NCBI GenBank assembly: GCA_040902005.1
Contig: JBBDYA010000064.1
Location: 3,088-30,777 of the forward strand
Source: Gemmatimonadaceae bacterium
GTDB lineage: Bacteria > Gemmatimonadota > Gemmatimonadetes > Gemmatimonadales > Gemmatimonadaceae
Length of the DNA: 27,690 nucleotides
Direction: 5' to 3'
Part shown: positions 12,126 through 21,998 of the stretch, one piece after another
How the letters are laid out: each line of letters starts with the position of its first letter
Position numbering within the stretch: the first letter of the stretch is position 1
Made by a program: the position numbers and the translations under genes
Notes under the pieces: generated by a model
What the model saw: the letters and a program-made list of their open reading frames with translations, nothing else
Databases searched by the model: none
Told to the model about the DNA's origin: nothing

Positions 12126-12188
12126 CCAGCGCCCGAGGCCGGCATTGTTCTTGATCATCTGACGCCCTGAAAAAACGCGCGAGCGGCC

Positions 12189-15100
12189 ATGGTCGCTGGG
12201 CGTCATTCGTCATCTCCAGAGGCGAGGATACTGACCGTGGGCGTCAGCGATGGTCGCGACGATGGTCGCGGCGTGGAGCAGGAAATTCCCATTGGCGGCA
12301 AGCGTGCCGTCCGGGACAAGCGCAGCCGCGCTCTGCAGCGGCTACTCAAGGGGCTGCGGTCGCTGGCCAGCGGAGACTTCCGCGCTCGGCTGAGCGAAGA
12401 TGCCGATCCCGTGATGACCGAGGTGGTCGAGGTGTTCAACAGCCTCGCGGCCAAGCACGAGCGACTGTCGGATGAGCTGCGTCGAGTGAGCTTCTCCGTG
12501 GGGCGCGAGGGTAACATGCGCGAACGCGTGGCGTTTTCTGCGCCGGGAAGCTGGGGCCTCGCGGCGGACGCCGTGAACAATCTCATCAGCGATCTCGTGG
12601 CGCCCACCACCGAGGTGTCGCGCGTGATCAAGGCGGTCGCCGAGGGCGACCTGTCACAGAAGGTGGAGCTGGAAATCGACGGCAAGACGGTGCAGGGGGA
12701 GTTCTTCCGCATTGGCTCGACCGTGAACCGGATGGTGGACCAGCTGCGCGCCTTCTCGAGTGAAGTGACGCGCGTGGCGCGCGAGGTGGGTACGGACGGT
12801 GTGCTGGGCGGCCAGGCGAACGTGCCCGGTGTGGCCGGCACGTGGAAGGACCTGACCGAGAACGTGAACGGGCTTGCGAACAACCTGACCAACCAGGTGC
12901 GCAACATCGCGCTCGTGACCACGGCGGTTGCCAACGGCGACCTGTCGCAGAAGATCACGGTCGAAGCGCGGGGCGAGGTGCTCGAGCTGAAGGACACGAT
13001 CAACGGCATGGTGGATCAGCTGTCCACCTTCGCCGCGGAAGTCACGCGCGTGGCGCGGGAAGTCGGAACCGAAGGGGTGTTGGGCGGGCAGGCCGACGTG
13101 CCGGATGTCGCGGGCACGTGGAAGGGACTGACGGACAACGTGAACTCGATGGCGTCGAACCTCACCAATCAGGTGCGCAACATCGCCCTGGTGACGACGG
13201 CCGTCGCCAACGGCGACCTCTCCACGAAGATCACGGTCGAGGCGAAGGGCGAAATCCTGGACCTCAAGAACACGATCAACGACATGGTGGACCGGCTGCG
13301 CGTCTTCGGCGACGAAGTGACGCGCATGGCGCGCGAAGTGGGCACCGAAGGTGTGCTGGGCGGACAGGCGAACGTCCCGGGCGTGGCGGGCACATGGAAG
13401 GACCTGACCGACAACGTGAACGGGCTGGCGAACAACCTCACGAACCAGGTGCGCAACATTGCCGACGTCACCACGGCGGTCGCGAACGGCGATCTCTCGC
13501 GGAAGATCACGGTGGAGGCACGGGGCGAGATTCTCGCGGTGAAGAACACGGTGAATACGATGGTGGACCAGCTCAACGCCTTCGCGTCAGAGGTGACGCG
13601 CGTGGCGCGCGAGGTGGGCACCGAAGGCAAGCTGGGCGGCCAGGCACGGGTGGAAGGGGTGCTGGGCACATGGCGCGACCTCACCGAGAACGTGAACGGC
13701 ATGGCCGCCAACCTGACGGTGCAGCTGCGCGACGTGAGCGCGGTGTCCACGGCCATCGCGAACGGGGATCTCACGCGCAAGATCACGGTCGAGGCGCAGG
13801 GCGAGATCCTCCAGGTGAAGGAAGTGATCAACGGCATGGTGGACCAGCTCTCCGCGTTCGCGGGCGAAGTGATCCGCGTGGCGCGCGAGGTGGGCACGGA
13901 GGGCATGCTCGGCGGTCAGGCGAACGTGCCGGGCGTGGGGGGCACGTGGAAGAGTCTCACGGACAACGTGAACCTGATGGCGAACAACCTGACTGGCCAG
14001 GTTCGCAACATTGCCGACGTGACGACGGCCGTCGCCAAAGGCGATCTCACGCGCACGATCACGGTGGAAGCGAAGGGCGAGGTGCTCGCGCTGAAGAACA
14101 CGATCAACACCATGGTGGACCAGTTGTCGGCCTTTGCGTCAGAGGTGACGCGTGTGGCGCGCGAAGTGGGCACGGAAGGGATCCTCGGCGGCCAGGCCAG
14201 CGTGCAGGGCGTGAGCGGCACGTGGAAGGACCTGACGGACAACGTGAACTTCATGGCCGCCAACCTCACCAATCAGGTGCGCAACATCGCGCTCGTCACC
14301 ACGGCCGTTGCGAACGGAGACCTGTCACAGAAGATCACCGTGGACGTGCGCGGCGAAATGCTGGAACTGAAGGAAACCGTCAACTCCATGGTGGAAAAAC
14401 TCCGGCTCTTTGCCGACGAGGTGACGCGCGTGGCGCGCGAGGTGGGCACGGAGGGGCGGCTCGGCGGCCAGGCGAACGTGCCTGGCGTTGGCGGCACGTG
14501 GAAGGATCTCACCGAGAACGTGAACTACATGGCGTCGAACCTCACGACGCAGGTGCGCAACATCGCCGACGTCTCCACGGCGGTGGCGCGCGGCGACCTG
14601 TCGCGAAAGATCACGGTGGAGGTTCGCGGCGAGATCCTCGAGCTGAAGAACACCTTCAACACGATGGTGGACCAGCTCAACGCCTTTGCGTCCGAGGTGA
14701 CGCGTGTGGCGCGCGAGGTGGGCACGGAAGGCAAGCTCGGCGGCCAGGCGAAGGTCACCGGCGCGGGAGGGGTGTGGCGCGACCTCACGGACAACGTGAA
14801 CGGTTTGGCGTCCAACCTCACCAGCCAGGTGCGCAACATCGCGTTCGTGATGACGGCGGTCGCGAACGGCGACCTCTCGCAGAAGATCTCGGTCGAAGTC
14901 CAGGGCGAAGTGCTGGAGCTGAAGAACACGATCAACAACATGCTGGACCGGCTGCGCATCTTCGCGGACGAGGTCACCCGCGTGGCGCGCGAGGTGGGCA
15001 CGGAAGGGAAGCTGGGCGGGCAGGCCGACGTGCCCGGCGTCGCCGGCACGTGGAAGGGACTCACCGACAGCGTGAACGCGATGGCGAACTCGCTCACGAT

Positions 15101-18100
15101 GCAGGTGCGCAACATCGCCGACGTCGCCACGTCCGTCACGAAGGGCGACCTCACGCGGCAGATCACCGTCGACGCACAGGGGGAGCTGGACGAGCTCAAG
15201 ACGAACATCAACCAGATGATCGGCAACCTGCGCGGTACCACCGAACGCAACCAGGAACAGGACTGGCTCAAGACCAACCTGGCGAAGTTCAGCCGCATGA
15301 TGCAGGGACAGAAGGACCTCGAGTCGGTGTCCCGCCTGATCATGAGTGAGCTCACGCCGCTGGTGTCCGCGCATCACGGCGCCTTCTTCATCGGTGACGC
15401 GGACGTGCGCGCCGGGTCGCTGCGCCTGATCGCCAGCTACGCCTATCGCGCCCGGAAGCACGTGGCGAACCGGTTCAGCGTTGGTGAAGGGCTGGTGGGA
15501 CAGGCCGCGCTCGAGAAGCAGCCGATCCTGCTGCAGAACGTGCCCGACGACTACATCCAGATCACGTCGGGGCTGGGCGAGGCCGCGCCGCGCAACATCA
15601 TCGTGCTCCCCATCCTCTTCGAGGGCGAGGTGAAGGCGGTGATCGAGCTCGCCAGCTTCCTTCCCTTCAGCGCCATCCACCAGACGTTCCTGGACCAGTT
15701 GGCGGAGTCCATCGGCGTCGTGCTGAACATGATCCAGGCGAACATGCGCACGGAGGAGCTGCTCGAGCAGTCGCAGAACCTCACGCAGGAGCTCCAGAGC
15801 CAGTCCGAGGAACTGCGCAAGCAGCAGGACGAGCTCAAGAAATCCAACACCGAGCTGGAGCAGCAGGCGCGTTCGCTGCGGCAGTCGGAGGAACTGCTGA
15901 AGGAGCAGCAGGAGGAGCTGCAGCAGGTGAACGAGGAGCTGGAGGAAAAGGCATCGCTCCTCGCCGAGCAGAACGCGAAAGTCGAACAAAAGAACCGCGA
16001 GGTCGAGTCCGCGCGGCAGGCGCTCGAGGAAAAGGCGCAGCAGCTCTCGCTGAGTTCCAGGTACAAGAGCGAATTCCTCGCGAACATGTCGCACGAGCTT
16101 CGCACCCCGCTCAACTCGCTGCTGATCCTCGCGAAGCTGCTCGCCGACAACAAGGAGGGCACACTCTCGCAGAAGCAGGTGGAGTACTCCCGCACCATCC
16201 ACGCGTCGGGCTCTGACCTGCTCACCCTCATCAACGACATTCTCGATCTGTCCAAGGTGGAGGCCGGGAAGATGGAGGTGACGATCAGCGAGGTGCTGCT
16301 GACGGAGATCACCACCTTCGTGGAGCGCACCTTCGAGCCGGTCGCGGAACAGAAGGGGCTGGCGTTCGAGGTGGAGGCGCGCCACGACGCGCCTGTTTCG
16401 CTGCACACAGACACCCAGCGGCTGCAGCAGGTGCTCAAGAACCTGCTGTCCAATGCGTTCAAGTTCACCGAGCACGGCACGGTGAAGCTCACAATGCGAC
16501 GCGCGGACAAGCAGCGCCGGTTTGCCAGTCGTTCACTCGACCGTGCCGACGAGGTCATCGCATTCGAGGTCTCGGACACGGGCATTGGCATCGCCAAGGA
16601 CAAGCAGCAGCTCATCTTCGAGGCGTTCCAGCAGGCCGACGGCACCACGAACCGGAAGTTCGGCGGCACGGGGCTCGGCCTGTCCATCAGCCGGGAGATT
16701 GCCCGCCTGCTCGGCGGCGAGATCCGCGTGGAAAGCACGCCGGGCAGCGGCAGCACGTTCACGCTCTTCGTTCCCGCGCGCTACACAGAACCCCAACCTG
16801 TGAAGCGCGACATCGGCGGCCGGGAGCCCATTCGGGCGAATCGCGCCGAGCCCCACCTCATGCGGTTCCGCTCGGCAAAACCGCCAGAGCGCGCCACTCC
16901 CGACCGGACGGGCCGCGCGATCGTCCCGGCGGCCGCGATCGTCCCGGCCGCTGCGGTGGACGTGGTGGACGCGATGGACGCGAACGCCGAGGAGCCCGAC
17001 CACGGCGGCGTCGCAACCGCGGTGGAGGACGAGCTGCCGCGACCGGAAGGCATCGAGGACGACCGCGACCAGCTCGACCCGACCGATCGCGTCGTGCTCA
17101 TCATCGAGAACGACACGAGCTTTGCGGGGATCCTGCTGGACATGGCCCGGGAAAAGGGATTCATGGGGCTCGTGGCCCTCGAGGGCGAAGCGGGGCTGCG
17201 GCTCGCGCACGCCTACACGCCGGATGCGATCACGCTCGACATCGACCTGCCCACCATGGATGGCTGGACGGTGCTCGACCGCCTGAAGCACCATCCCGAC
17301 ACCCGCCACATCCCGGTGCACATCATCAGCGGCGTGCGGGAGCGGCAGGCGGGACTCAAGGCCGGCGCGATCGCGTATCTCGAGAAGCCGGTCACGAGCG
17401 ACGCGCTGGAGGATTCCTTCGCGCGCATCTCCACGTTCATCGATCAGCAGGTCAAGCGGCTGATCGTCGTGGAGGATGACGATGCCCAGCGCGCCACCAT
17501 GGTCGAGCTCATCGCGCACGAGGATGTGGAGATCGTGGCCGTTCGCACCGCGGAAGAGGCGCTGCGCGCGATCTCGCAGCAGACCTTCGACTGCATGGTG
17601 CTCGACCTCGGCCTTCAGGGACCGACCGACGGCTTCCAGCTGCTGGAAACGGTGAAGTCCGATCCCAGCATGCAGGATCTGCCGATCATCATATACACCG
17701 GGCGCGAGCTGTCACAGCCGGAGGAAACACAGCTGCGCAAGCTTGCCGAAACGATCATCGTGAAGGACGTGAAGTCGCCGGAGCGGTTGCTGGACGAAAC
17801 GGCGCTCTTTCTGCATCGCGTGGAGAAGAAGCTGCCCGAGCCCAAGCGGCGCATGCTGGAGCGGCTGCACAACGCCGACGCCGTCTTCGCCAAGAAGCGC
17901 GTGTTGATCGTGGACGACGACGTTCGCAACATCTTCTCGCTCACCAGCGTGCTGGAAGACCACGGGATGGTGGTGGACTTCGTGGAGAATGGCCCGGACG
18001 CGCTGGCCAAGCTGGCGGCCAGCACCGACTACGACCTGGTGCTCATGGACATCATGATGCCGGGCATGGACGGGCTGGAGACGACGCGCACCATTCGCGA

Positions 18101-18260
18101 AGACGAACGGCACAAGACGCTGCCGATCATCGCCCTCACGGCCAAGGCGATGAAGGGCGACCGTGAGCGGTGCATTGCCGCGGGCGCGTCGGATTACATC
18201 ATGAAGCCGGTGGACACCGAGCAGCTGATCAGTCTGATGCGCGTATGGCTCTATCGGTAG
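12189..18260 (+). CDS. Cytoplasmic hybrid histidine kinase: poly-HAMP - GAF - coiled coil - HisKA - HATPase - 3x REC (OsaA/Nik1-like); alternative start GTG 12237
   Basis: 92-aa repeats, GAF ([12 protein letters not shown]), H-box [16 protein letters not shown]-box [11 protein letters not shown] boxes DTGIGI and GGTGLGL, and three receiver domains. No TM segment is evident. Confidence 0.96.
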   Translation: MVAGRHSSSPEARILTVGVSDGRDDGRGVEQEIPIGGKRAVRDKRSRALQRLLKGLRSLASGDFRARLSEDADPVMTEVVEVFNSLAAKHERLSDELRRVSFSVGREGNMRERVAFSAPGSWGLAADAVNNLISDLVAPTTEVSRVIKAVAEGDLSQKVELEIDGKTVQGEFFRIGSTVNRMVDQLRAFSSEVTRVAREVGTDGVLGGQANVPGVAGTWKDLTENVNGLANNLTNQVRNIALVTTAVANGDLSQKITVEARGEVLELKDTINGMVDQLSTFAAEVTRVAREVGTEGVLGGQADVPDVAGTWKGLTDNVNSMASNLTNQVRNIALVTTAVANGDLSTKITVEAKGEILDLKNTINDMVDRLRVFGDEVTRMAREVGTEGVLGGQANVPGVAGTWKDLTDNVNGLANNLTNQVRNIADVTTAVANGDLSRKITVEARGEILAVKNTVNTMVDQLNAFASEVTRVAREVGTEGKLGGQARVEGVLGTWRDLTENVNGMAANLTVQLRDVSAVSTAIANGDLTRKITVEAQGEILQVKEVINGMVDQLSAFAGEVIRVAREVGTEGMLGGQANVPGVGGTWKSLTDNVNLMANNLTGQVRNIADVTTAVAKGDLTRTITVEAKGEVLALKNTINTMVDQLSAFASEVTRVAREVGTEGILGGQASVQGVSGTWKDLTDNVNFMAANLTNQVRNIALVTTAVANGDLSQKITVDVRGEMLELKETVNSMVEKLRLFADEVTRVAREVGTEGRLGGQANVPGVGGTWKDLTENVNYMASNLTTQVRNIADVSTAVARGDLSRKITVEVRGEILELKNTFNTMVDQLNAFASEVTRVAREVGTEGKLGGQAKVTGAGGVWRDLTDNVNGLASNLTSQVRNIAFVMTAVANGDLSQKISVEVQGEVLELKNTINNMLDRLRIFADEVTRVAREVGTEGKLGGQADVPGVAGTWKGLTDSVNAMANSLTMQVRNIADVATSVTKGDLTRQITVDAQGELDELKTNINQMIGNLRGTTERNQEQDWLKTNLAKFSRMMQGQKDLESVSRLIMSELTPLVSAHHGAFFIGDADVRAGSLRLIASYAYRARKHVANRFSVGEGLVGQAALEKQPILLQNVPDDYIQITSGLGEAAPRNIIVLPILFEGEVKAVIELASFLPFSAIHQTFLDQLAESIGVVLNMIQANMRTEELLEQSQNLTQELQSQSEELRKQQDELKKSNTELEQQARSLRQSEELLKEQQEELQQVNEELEEKASLLAEQNAKVEQKNREVESARQALEEKAQQLSLSSRYKSEFLANMSHELRTPLNSLLILAKLLADNKEGTLSQKQVEYSRTIHASGSDLLTLINDILDLSKVEAGKMEVTISEVLLTEITTFVERTFEPVAEQKGLAFEVEARHDAPVSLHTDTQRLQQVLKNLLSNAFKFTEHGTVKLTMRRADKQRRFASRSLDRADEVIAFEVSDTGIGIAKDKQQLIFEAFQQADGTTNRKFGGTGLGLSISREIARLLGGEIRVESTPGSGSTFTLFVPARYTEPQPVKRDIGGREPIRANRAEPHLMRFRSAKPPERATPDRTGRAIVPAAAIVPAAAVDVVDAMDANAEEPDHGGVATAVEDELPRPEGIEDDRDQLDPTDRVVLIIENDTSFAGILLDMAREKGFMGLVALEGEAGLRLAHAYTPDAITLDIDLPTMDGWTVLDRLKHHPDTRHIPVHIISGVRERQAGLKAGAIAYLEKPVTSDALEDSFARISTFIDQQVKRLIVVEDDDAQRATMVELIAHEDVEIVAVRTAEEALRAISQQTFDCMVLDLGLQGPTDGFQLLETVKSDPSMQDLPIIIYTGRELSQPEETQLRKLAETIIVKDVKSPERLLDETALFLHRVEKKLPEPKRRMLERLHNADAVFAKKRVLIVDDDVRNIFSLTSVLEDHGMVVDFVENGPDALAKLAASTDYDLVLMDIMMPGMDGLETTRTIREDERHKTLPIIALTAKAMKGDRERCIAAGASDYIMKPVDTEQLISLMRVWLYR
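12732..15215 (+). repeat. Intragenic tandem array of 9 x 276-bp units encoding 92-aa HAMP pairs
   Basis: The EVGT[DE]G codons recur at 12783, 13059, 13335, 13611 and onward to 14991 with an exact 276-bp period. Degenerate units flank the array. Confidence 0.95.
16916..16948 (+). repeat. Short 18-bp-period duplication (AIVPAA x2) in the kinase-REC linker
   Basis: CGCGATCGTCCCGGC occurs at 16916 and 16934. Confidence 0.7.
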
Positions 18261-18307
18261 CCACCGGCCCGCCCATTCCACCGGCCGGGAGGCCGAGGCC
18301 CGGCGTC

Positions 18308-19150
18308 ATGCCCGGGCCGCCGCCGGGCTACAGCCCGGAGCTCGAGCGTGTCGAGATCGAGCTTCTCCTGGAGGGTACCTTCCGGAAGTACGGATTCGAC
18401 TTTCGCTCGTACGCGTATGCGTCGATGCGCCGCCGCCTGTGGAAGCGCGTGGAGGCCGAGGGGCTGCGCAATCTGTCGGAGCTCCAGGCCCGCGTGCTGC
18501 ACGACGATGACGCCATGGAGCGCCTGCTCCTGGATCTCTCGGTGAACGTCACGGCGATGTTCCGCGACCCGCTGTTCTACGTCTCGTTCCGGTCCACCGT
18601 GATCCCGCTCCTCCGCACCTATCCCTTCATCCGGGTCTGGCACGCGGGATGTTCCACGGGCGAGGAGGTCTACTCCATGGCGATCCTGCTCGAGGAGGCC
18701 GGCCTGTACGATCGCTCACGCATCTACGCGACCGACGTCAACGACGTCGTGCTCCAACAGGCCGCGCGCGGCATTTTCCCGCTGGACCGCATGCAGGAGT
18801 ACACTGAGAACTACATCAAGGCCGGCGGATCGCGCTCCTTCTCGGAGTACTACACGGCGAAGTATGACGGCGCGCTCTTCGACCAGCGACTGGTGCGAAA
18901 CGTGGCCTTCGCGCAGCACAACCTCGTCACTGATCGCTCGTTCAGCGAGTTCCACGTGATCTTCTGCCGAAACGTGCTCATCTATTTCGACAAGGACCTT
19001 CAGAACGAGGTGCATTCCCTCTTCTACGACAGTCTGATCCGCCTTGGCGTGCTCTGCCTCGGCAGCAAGGAGAGCCTGAAGTTCTCCAAGTACGAGGCAT
19101 GCTATGAACGACTGGACTCCAGTGAAAAGATCTTCCGGAAGGTCCGATGA
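18308..19150 (+). CDS. cheR: CheR-family protein-glutamate O-methyltransferase; alternative start ATG 18245
   Basis: YGFDFRSY...S.RRR, SVNVTAMFRDP, RVWHAGCSTGEEVYS.AI, IYATD, F.QHNL and IFCRNVLIYF. Confidence 0.94.
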   Translation: MPGPPPGYSPELERVEIELLLEGTFRKYGFDFRSYAYASMRRRLWKRVEAEGLRNLSELQARVLHDDDAMERLLLDLSVNVTAMFRDPLFYVSFRSTVIPLLRTYPFIRVWHAGCSTGEEVYSMAILLEEAGLYDRSRIYATDVNDVVLQQAARGIFPLDRMQEYTENYIKAGGSRSFSEYYTAKYDGALFDQRLVRNVAFAQHNLVTDRSFSEFHVIFCRNVLIYFDKDLQNEVHSLFYDSLIRLGVLCLGSKESLKFSKYEACYERLDSSEKIFRKVR

Positions 19151-19754
19151 GGTCGCCAGTGTTCCGGCGGTGGGCTATGAGGTCGTCGTCATCGGCACCT
19201 CCTGGGGGGGTCTGGCCGCGCTGCGCCAGGTGGTGGCCGTGCTCCCGACGGACTTCGGGATCCCCGTTGCCGTGGTGCAGCATCGCCACCGCGATTCCGA
19301 CGCGCTGCTCGCCCGGTTTCTGCAAGGGCTCACCCCGCTACGCGTCTGCGAGGTGGAGGACAAGCAGCCCATCGAAGCGGGTCGCGTGTTCGTCGCGCCA
19401 GCGAACTATCACATGCTCGTGGAGCGCGGACATTTCGCGCTCTCCACAGAGGGTCCCGTGCGGCACAGCCGGCCATCCATAGACGTGGCGCTCGCGAGCG
19501 CCGCGGACGCATACGGCCACCGGGCCGTGGGCGTCGTGCTCACGGGCGCCAACGCGGATGGGGCCGAGGGACTGCGTCGGCTGGCGGACGGCGGGGGGAT
19601 GGCGGTGGTCCAGGACCCCGTAACCGCGGAGGCGTCCACCATGCCCACCGCCGCGATTCGTCGCGTGCCCCAGGCGCGGGTGTTGCCGATCGACCGGATC
19701 GGTGCCTTTCTCGGTTCGCTGCCGCCGGTGGTGTTCACGGCGAGAGGCGAATGA
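19104..19754 (+). CDS. cheB: CheB-family methylesterase, catalytic domain only; start may be GTG 19170
   Basis: IGTSWGG (Ser), VVQH (His), APANYHML, SRPSIDV, VLTGANADGA.G (Asp) and QDP.TA...MP. There is no N-terminal REC domain. Confidence 0.92.
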   Translation: MNDWTPVKRSSGRSDEVASVPAVGYEVVVIGTSWGGLAALRQVVAVLPTDFGIPVAVVQHRHRDSDALLARFLQGLTPLRVCEVEDKQPIEAGRVFVAPANYHMLVERGHFALSTEGPVRHSRPSIDVALASAADAYGHRAVGVVLTGANADGAEGLRRLADGGGMAVVQDPVTAEASTMPTAAIRRVPQARVLPIDRIGAFLGSLPPVVFTARGE

Positions 19755-21550
19755 AGGCGCCGCCGCAGTCCACGTCGAGCGCCGTATCGGCGATGCCCAA
19801 CCAGGTGGAGATCCTCCTGGTGGACGATCGGAAGGAAAACCTTCTGGCGCTCGAGGCAATCCTCGAGCCCCTCGGGCAGCAGCTCGTGCACGCGCACTCC
19901 GGTGAGGAGGCGCTCCGACTGCTCCTCACGCACGATTTCGCCGTCATCCTGCTGGACGTGCAGATGCCGGGCATGAATGGCTTCGAGGCCGCGCAGCTGA
20001 TCAAGTCGCGCGAGCGCACGCGATACATCCCCATCATCTTCCTCACCGCGATCAGCAAGGAGGAGGAATACGTCTTCCGCGGCTACCAGGTGGGCGCCGT
20101 GGACTACATCGCCAAACCGTTCCAGCCGGACGTGCTGCGGGCGAAGGTCGCCGTATTCGTGGACCTGCACATCAAGCAGAAGCGAATCGGAGAGCAGGAG
20201 GCGCTGCTGCGCAATAGTGAGCGTCGAGGGACCGAACTGCGTCACATGCGCGAAATGCTCGTCTCCGAGGCGCGGTTTCGCGAGGTGGTGAGCACGGCGA
20301 TGGACGCGATCGTCATCTTTGATCATGACGACCGCATCACCCTCTTCAACAGCGCAGCCGAGCGGATGTTCAGATGTGAGGCGTCGCACGCGCTCGGCCG
20401 CGCTATCGGCGAGTTCTTCCCTGATGCAGAAAGCACGGAGGCGGTGGAGAGCACGTGCGCGAGTGCCCGCGCCGCGCGCGCGTCGCAGGAGACGAACACC
20501 CTCGACGCCGTGCAGCATGTCGTGTCGCTCACGGGACGCCGCGCCACGGGCGAGGACTTTCCCATCGAGGCCTCCGTCTCCTGCTTCGAGGCGAAGGGCG
20601 GACTCCAGTACACCATCATCGTGCGTGACATCTCCGTGCGGGTGCGCCAGGAACGGGAACTGCGCGAACAGGCCATTACGCTCGAGCGCACCATGGACGA
20701 GCTGACCTTGGCCAACGATGAGTTGAACCAGCGCCAAGAGGACCTCGAGCACGCCATGAGCGCGCGCAGCCGGTTCTACGCCTCCATGAGCCACGAGCTG
20801 CGCACCCCGATCAACGCCGTGCTCGGATACAGCACGCTCCTGCTGGAGAACATCTACGGCGCACTGAACGACAAGCAGGCCGAAGGAATCCAGCGCACGC
20901 AACGGGCGGCCAGGCACCTGTTGGAACTCGTGAACGACGTGCTCGACCTGTCCAAGATCGAAGCCGGCAAGATCGACCTGCGCCTCCAGCCGGTCGCGTT
21001 CCCGTCGATCATCGAGGAGCTCTTCGTCACGGTGCGTCCGCTCGCCGACAAGTACGGCACGGCCCTGAAGCTCGAGACGAGCGCGGAGACCGTCAGCGTC
21101 GTGTCGGACCCGCGGCGCGTGCGCCAGATCCTGCTCAATCTCCTGTCGAACGCGATCAAGTTCGGCGGCCAGAAGCCGATCTGCGTGCGCGTGTCACGCT
21201 CGGATGACGACGGCGTGATCGTGGAAGTGAGCGACCAGGGGGCGGGGATCGCGGCAGAGGATCAGGAACGCATCTTCCACGAGTTCGTCCAACTCGGGCG
21301 CGAGCAGCTCCAGGAGGGCACGGGGCTCGGGCTGCCGATCTCCCGTCGGCTCGCCGAGCTGCTGCACGGATCGCTCACGCTGGAGTCGACGGTTGGAGAA
21401 GGAAGCACCTTCCGGCTCTCCCTTCCGGCGAGCGCGGAGCCGCCATCGGCCAGCGATCAGGGTGCACCGCAGCCGGCGGAGCGCAGCCGGAACAACGGTG
21501 CCGGCACCCCGGCAAGACAGCCGGCGAATGCCGCGGCCGCCCCGCGGTAG
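19751..21550 (+). CDS. Hybrid sensor histidine kinase REC - PAS - HisKA - HATPase
   Basis: ILLVDD..ENL, ILLDVQMP, KPF, PAS (DAIVIFD...FNSAAERMF...GEDFPIE), [19 protein letters not shown] and GTGLGL. ATGA overlap with cheB. Confidence 0.94.
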   Translation: MKAPPQSTSSAVSAMPNQVEILLVDDRKENLLALEAILEPLGQQLVHAHSGEEALRLLLTHDFAVILLDVQMPGMNGFEAAQLIKSRERTRYIPIIFLTAISKEEEYVFRGYQVGAVDYIAKPFQPDVLRAKVAVFVDLHIKQKRIGEQEALLRNSERRGTELRHMREMLVSEARFREVVSTAMDAIVIFDHDDRITLFNSAAERMFRCEASHALGRAIGEFFPDAESTEAVESTCASARAARASQETNTLDAVQHVVSLTGRRATGEDFPIEASVSCFEAKGGLQYTIIVRDISVRVRQERELREQAITLERTMDELTLANDELNQRQEDLEHAMSARSRFYASMSHELRTPINAVLGYSTLLLENIYGALNDKQAEGIQRTQRAARHLLELVNDVLDLSKIEAGKIDLRLQPVAFPSIIEELFVTVRPLADKYGTALKLETSAETVSVVSDPRRVRQILLNLLSNAIKFGGQKPICVRVSRSDDDGVIVEVSDQGAGIAAEDQERIFHEFVQLGREQLQEGTGLGLPISRRLAELLHGSLTLESTVGEGSTFRLSLPASAEPPSASDQGAPQPAERSRNNGAGTPARQPANAAAAPR

Positions 21551-21556
21551 GCACGC

Positions 21557-21949
21557 CTACTGGACCTGGACCACGCCGGCCATGCCCGCGCCGTGAATGG
21601 TGCAGGTATAGGAAAACGTGCCGGCCGTCGAAAACGCCTTGGTGAACGTCCCCGAGCTCCTATCCGGGGAGTTGCCGACCGATCCATTGGCGAACGTGAC
21701 GTTGTGAAGGTTTCCGCCGACAAAGGTCCAGGTGATCGTGGTTCCCGGTGGGACGGTCGTGGCCGACGGACTGAAGAAGTTGTCATCAACGCTGATCTGA
21801 TCGATCGGATCGCCCCCGCCCCCACCCCCTCCGCCGCCGCCGCCGCCGCCGCCGCCGGTGCCAGGGTCGTTCTCGGTGGGCGCCGGGTTGTCGCCGCCGC
21901 ACGCCGCGGCCAGGGCCAGGGCTGCCAGGAACACTCGCAGGTTACGCAT
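21557..21949 (-). CDS. Plastocyanin/azurin-family (cupredoxin) lipoprotein with poly-Gly linker
   Basis: Signal peptide with lipobox-like LAAAC, followed by FSPS..TV..GTTITW, HNVTF and YTCTIHGAGM (His/Cys/His/Met type-1 Cu ligands). GGAG lies 5 nt upstream of the ATG. Confidence 0.88.
   Translation of the reverse strand: MRNLRVFLAALALAAACGGDNPAPTENDPGTGGGGGGGGGGGGGGGDPIDQISVDDNFFSPSATTVPPGTTITWTFVGGNLHNVTFANGSVGNSPDRSSGTFTKAFSTAGTFSYTCTIHGAGMAGVVQVQ
21812..21856 (-). repeat. 15-codon poly-glycine tract including perfect (GGC)8
   Basis: The plus strand has (GCC)8 at 21833-21856 plus 7 further Gly codons. Confidence 0.95.
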
Positions 21950-21998
21950 ACACGCTCCGCCGCCTCACTATCTCAGGACCGAGACATCGCTCACGTCA

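Noticed and set aside
12732..15215. Regular repeats as a possible CRISPR array or mobile element
   Set aside because: The units are contiguous, in frame, vary mainly at synonymous sites and have no unique spacers.
12203..16762. Repetitive alternative-frame and antisense ORFs (835, 716, 403, 276, 268 and 245 aa)
   Set aside because: They mirror the 276-bp repeats and codon bias of the histidine kinase and are not independent genes.
18308..19754. cheR/cheB as evidence of a flagellar chemotaxis operon
   Set aside because: No cheA, cheW, cheY or MCP is adjacent, and CheB lacks its receiver domain.
21551..21556. Expected intrinsic terminator between convergent genes (also 2315-2332)
   Set aside because: The gaps are only 6 and 18 nt, and no hairpin with a U-tract is visible.
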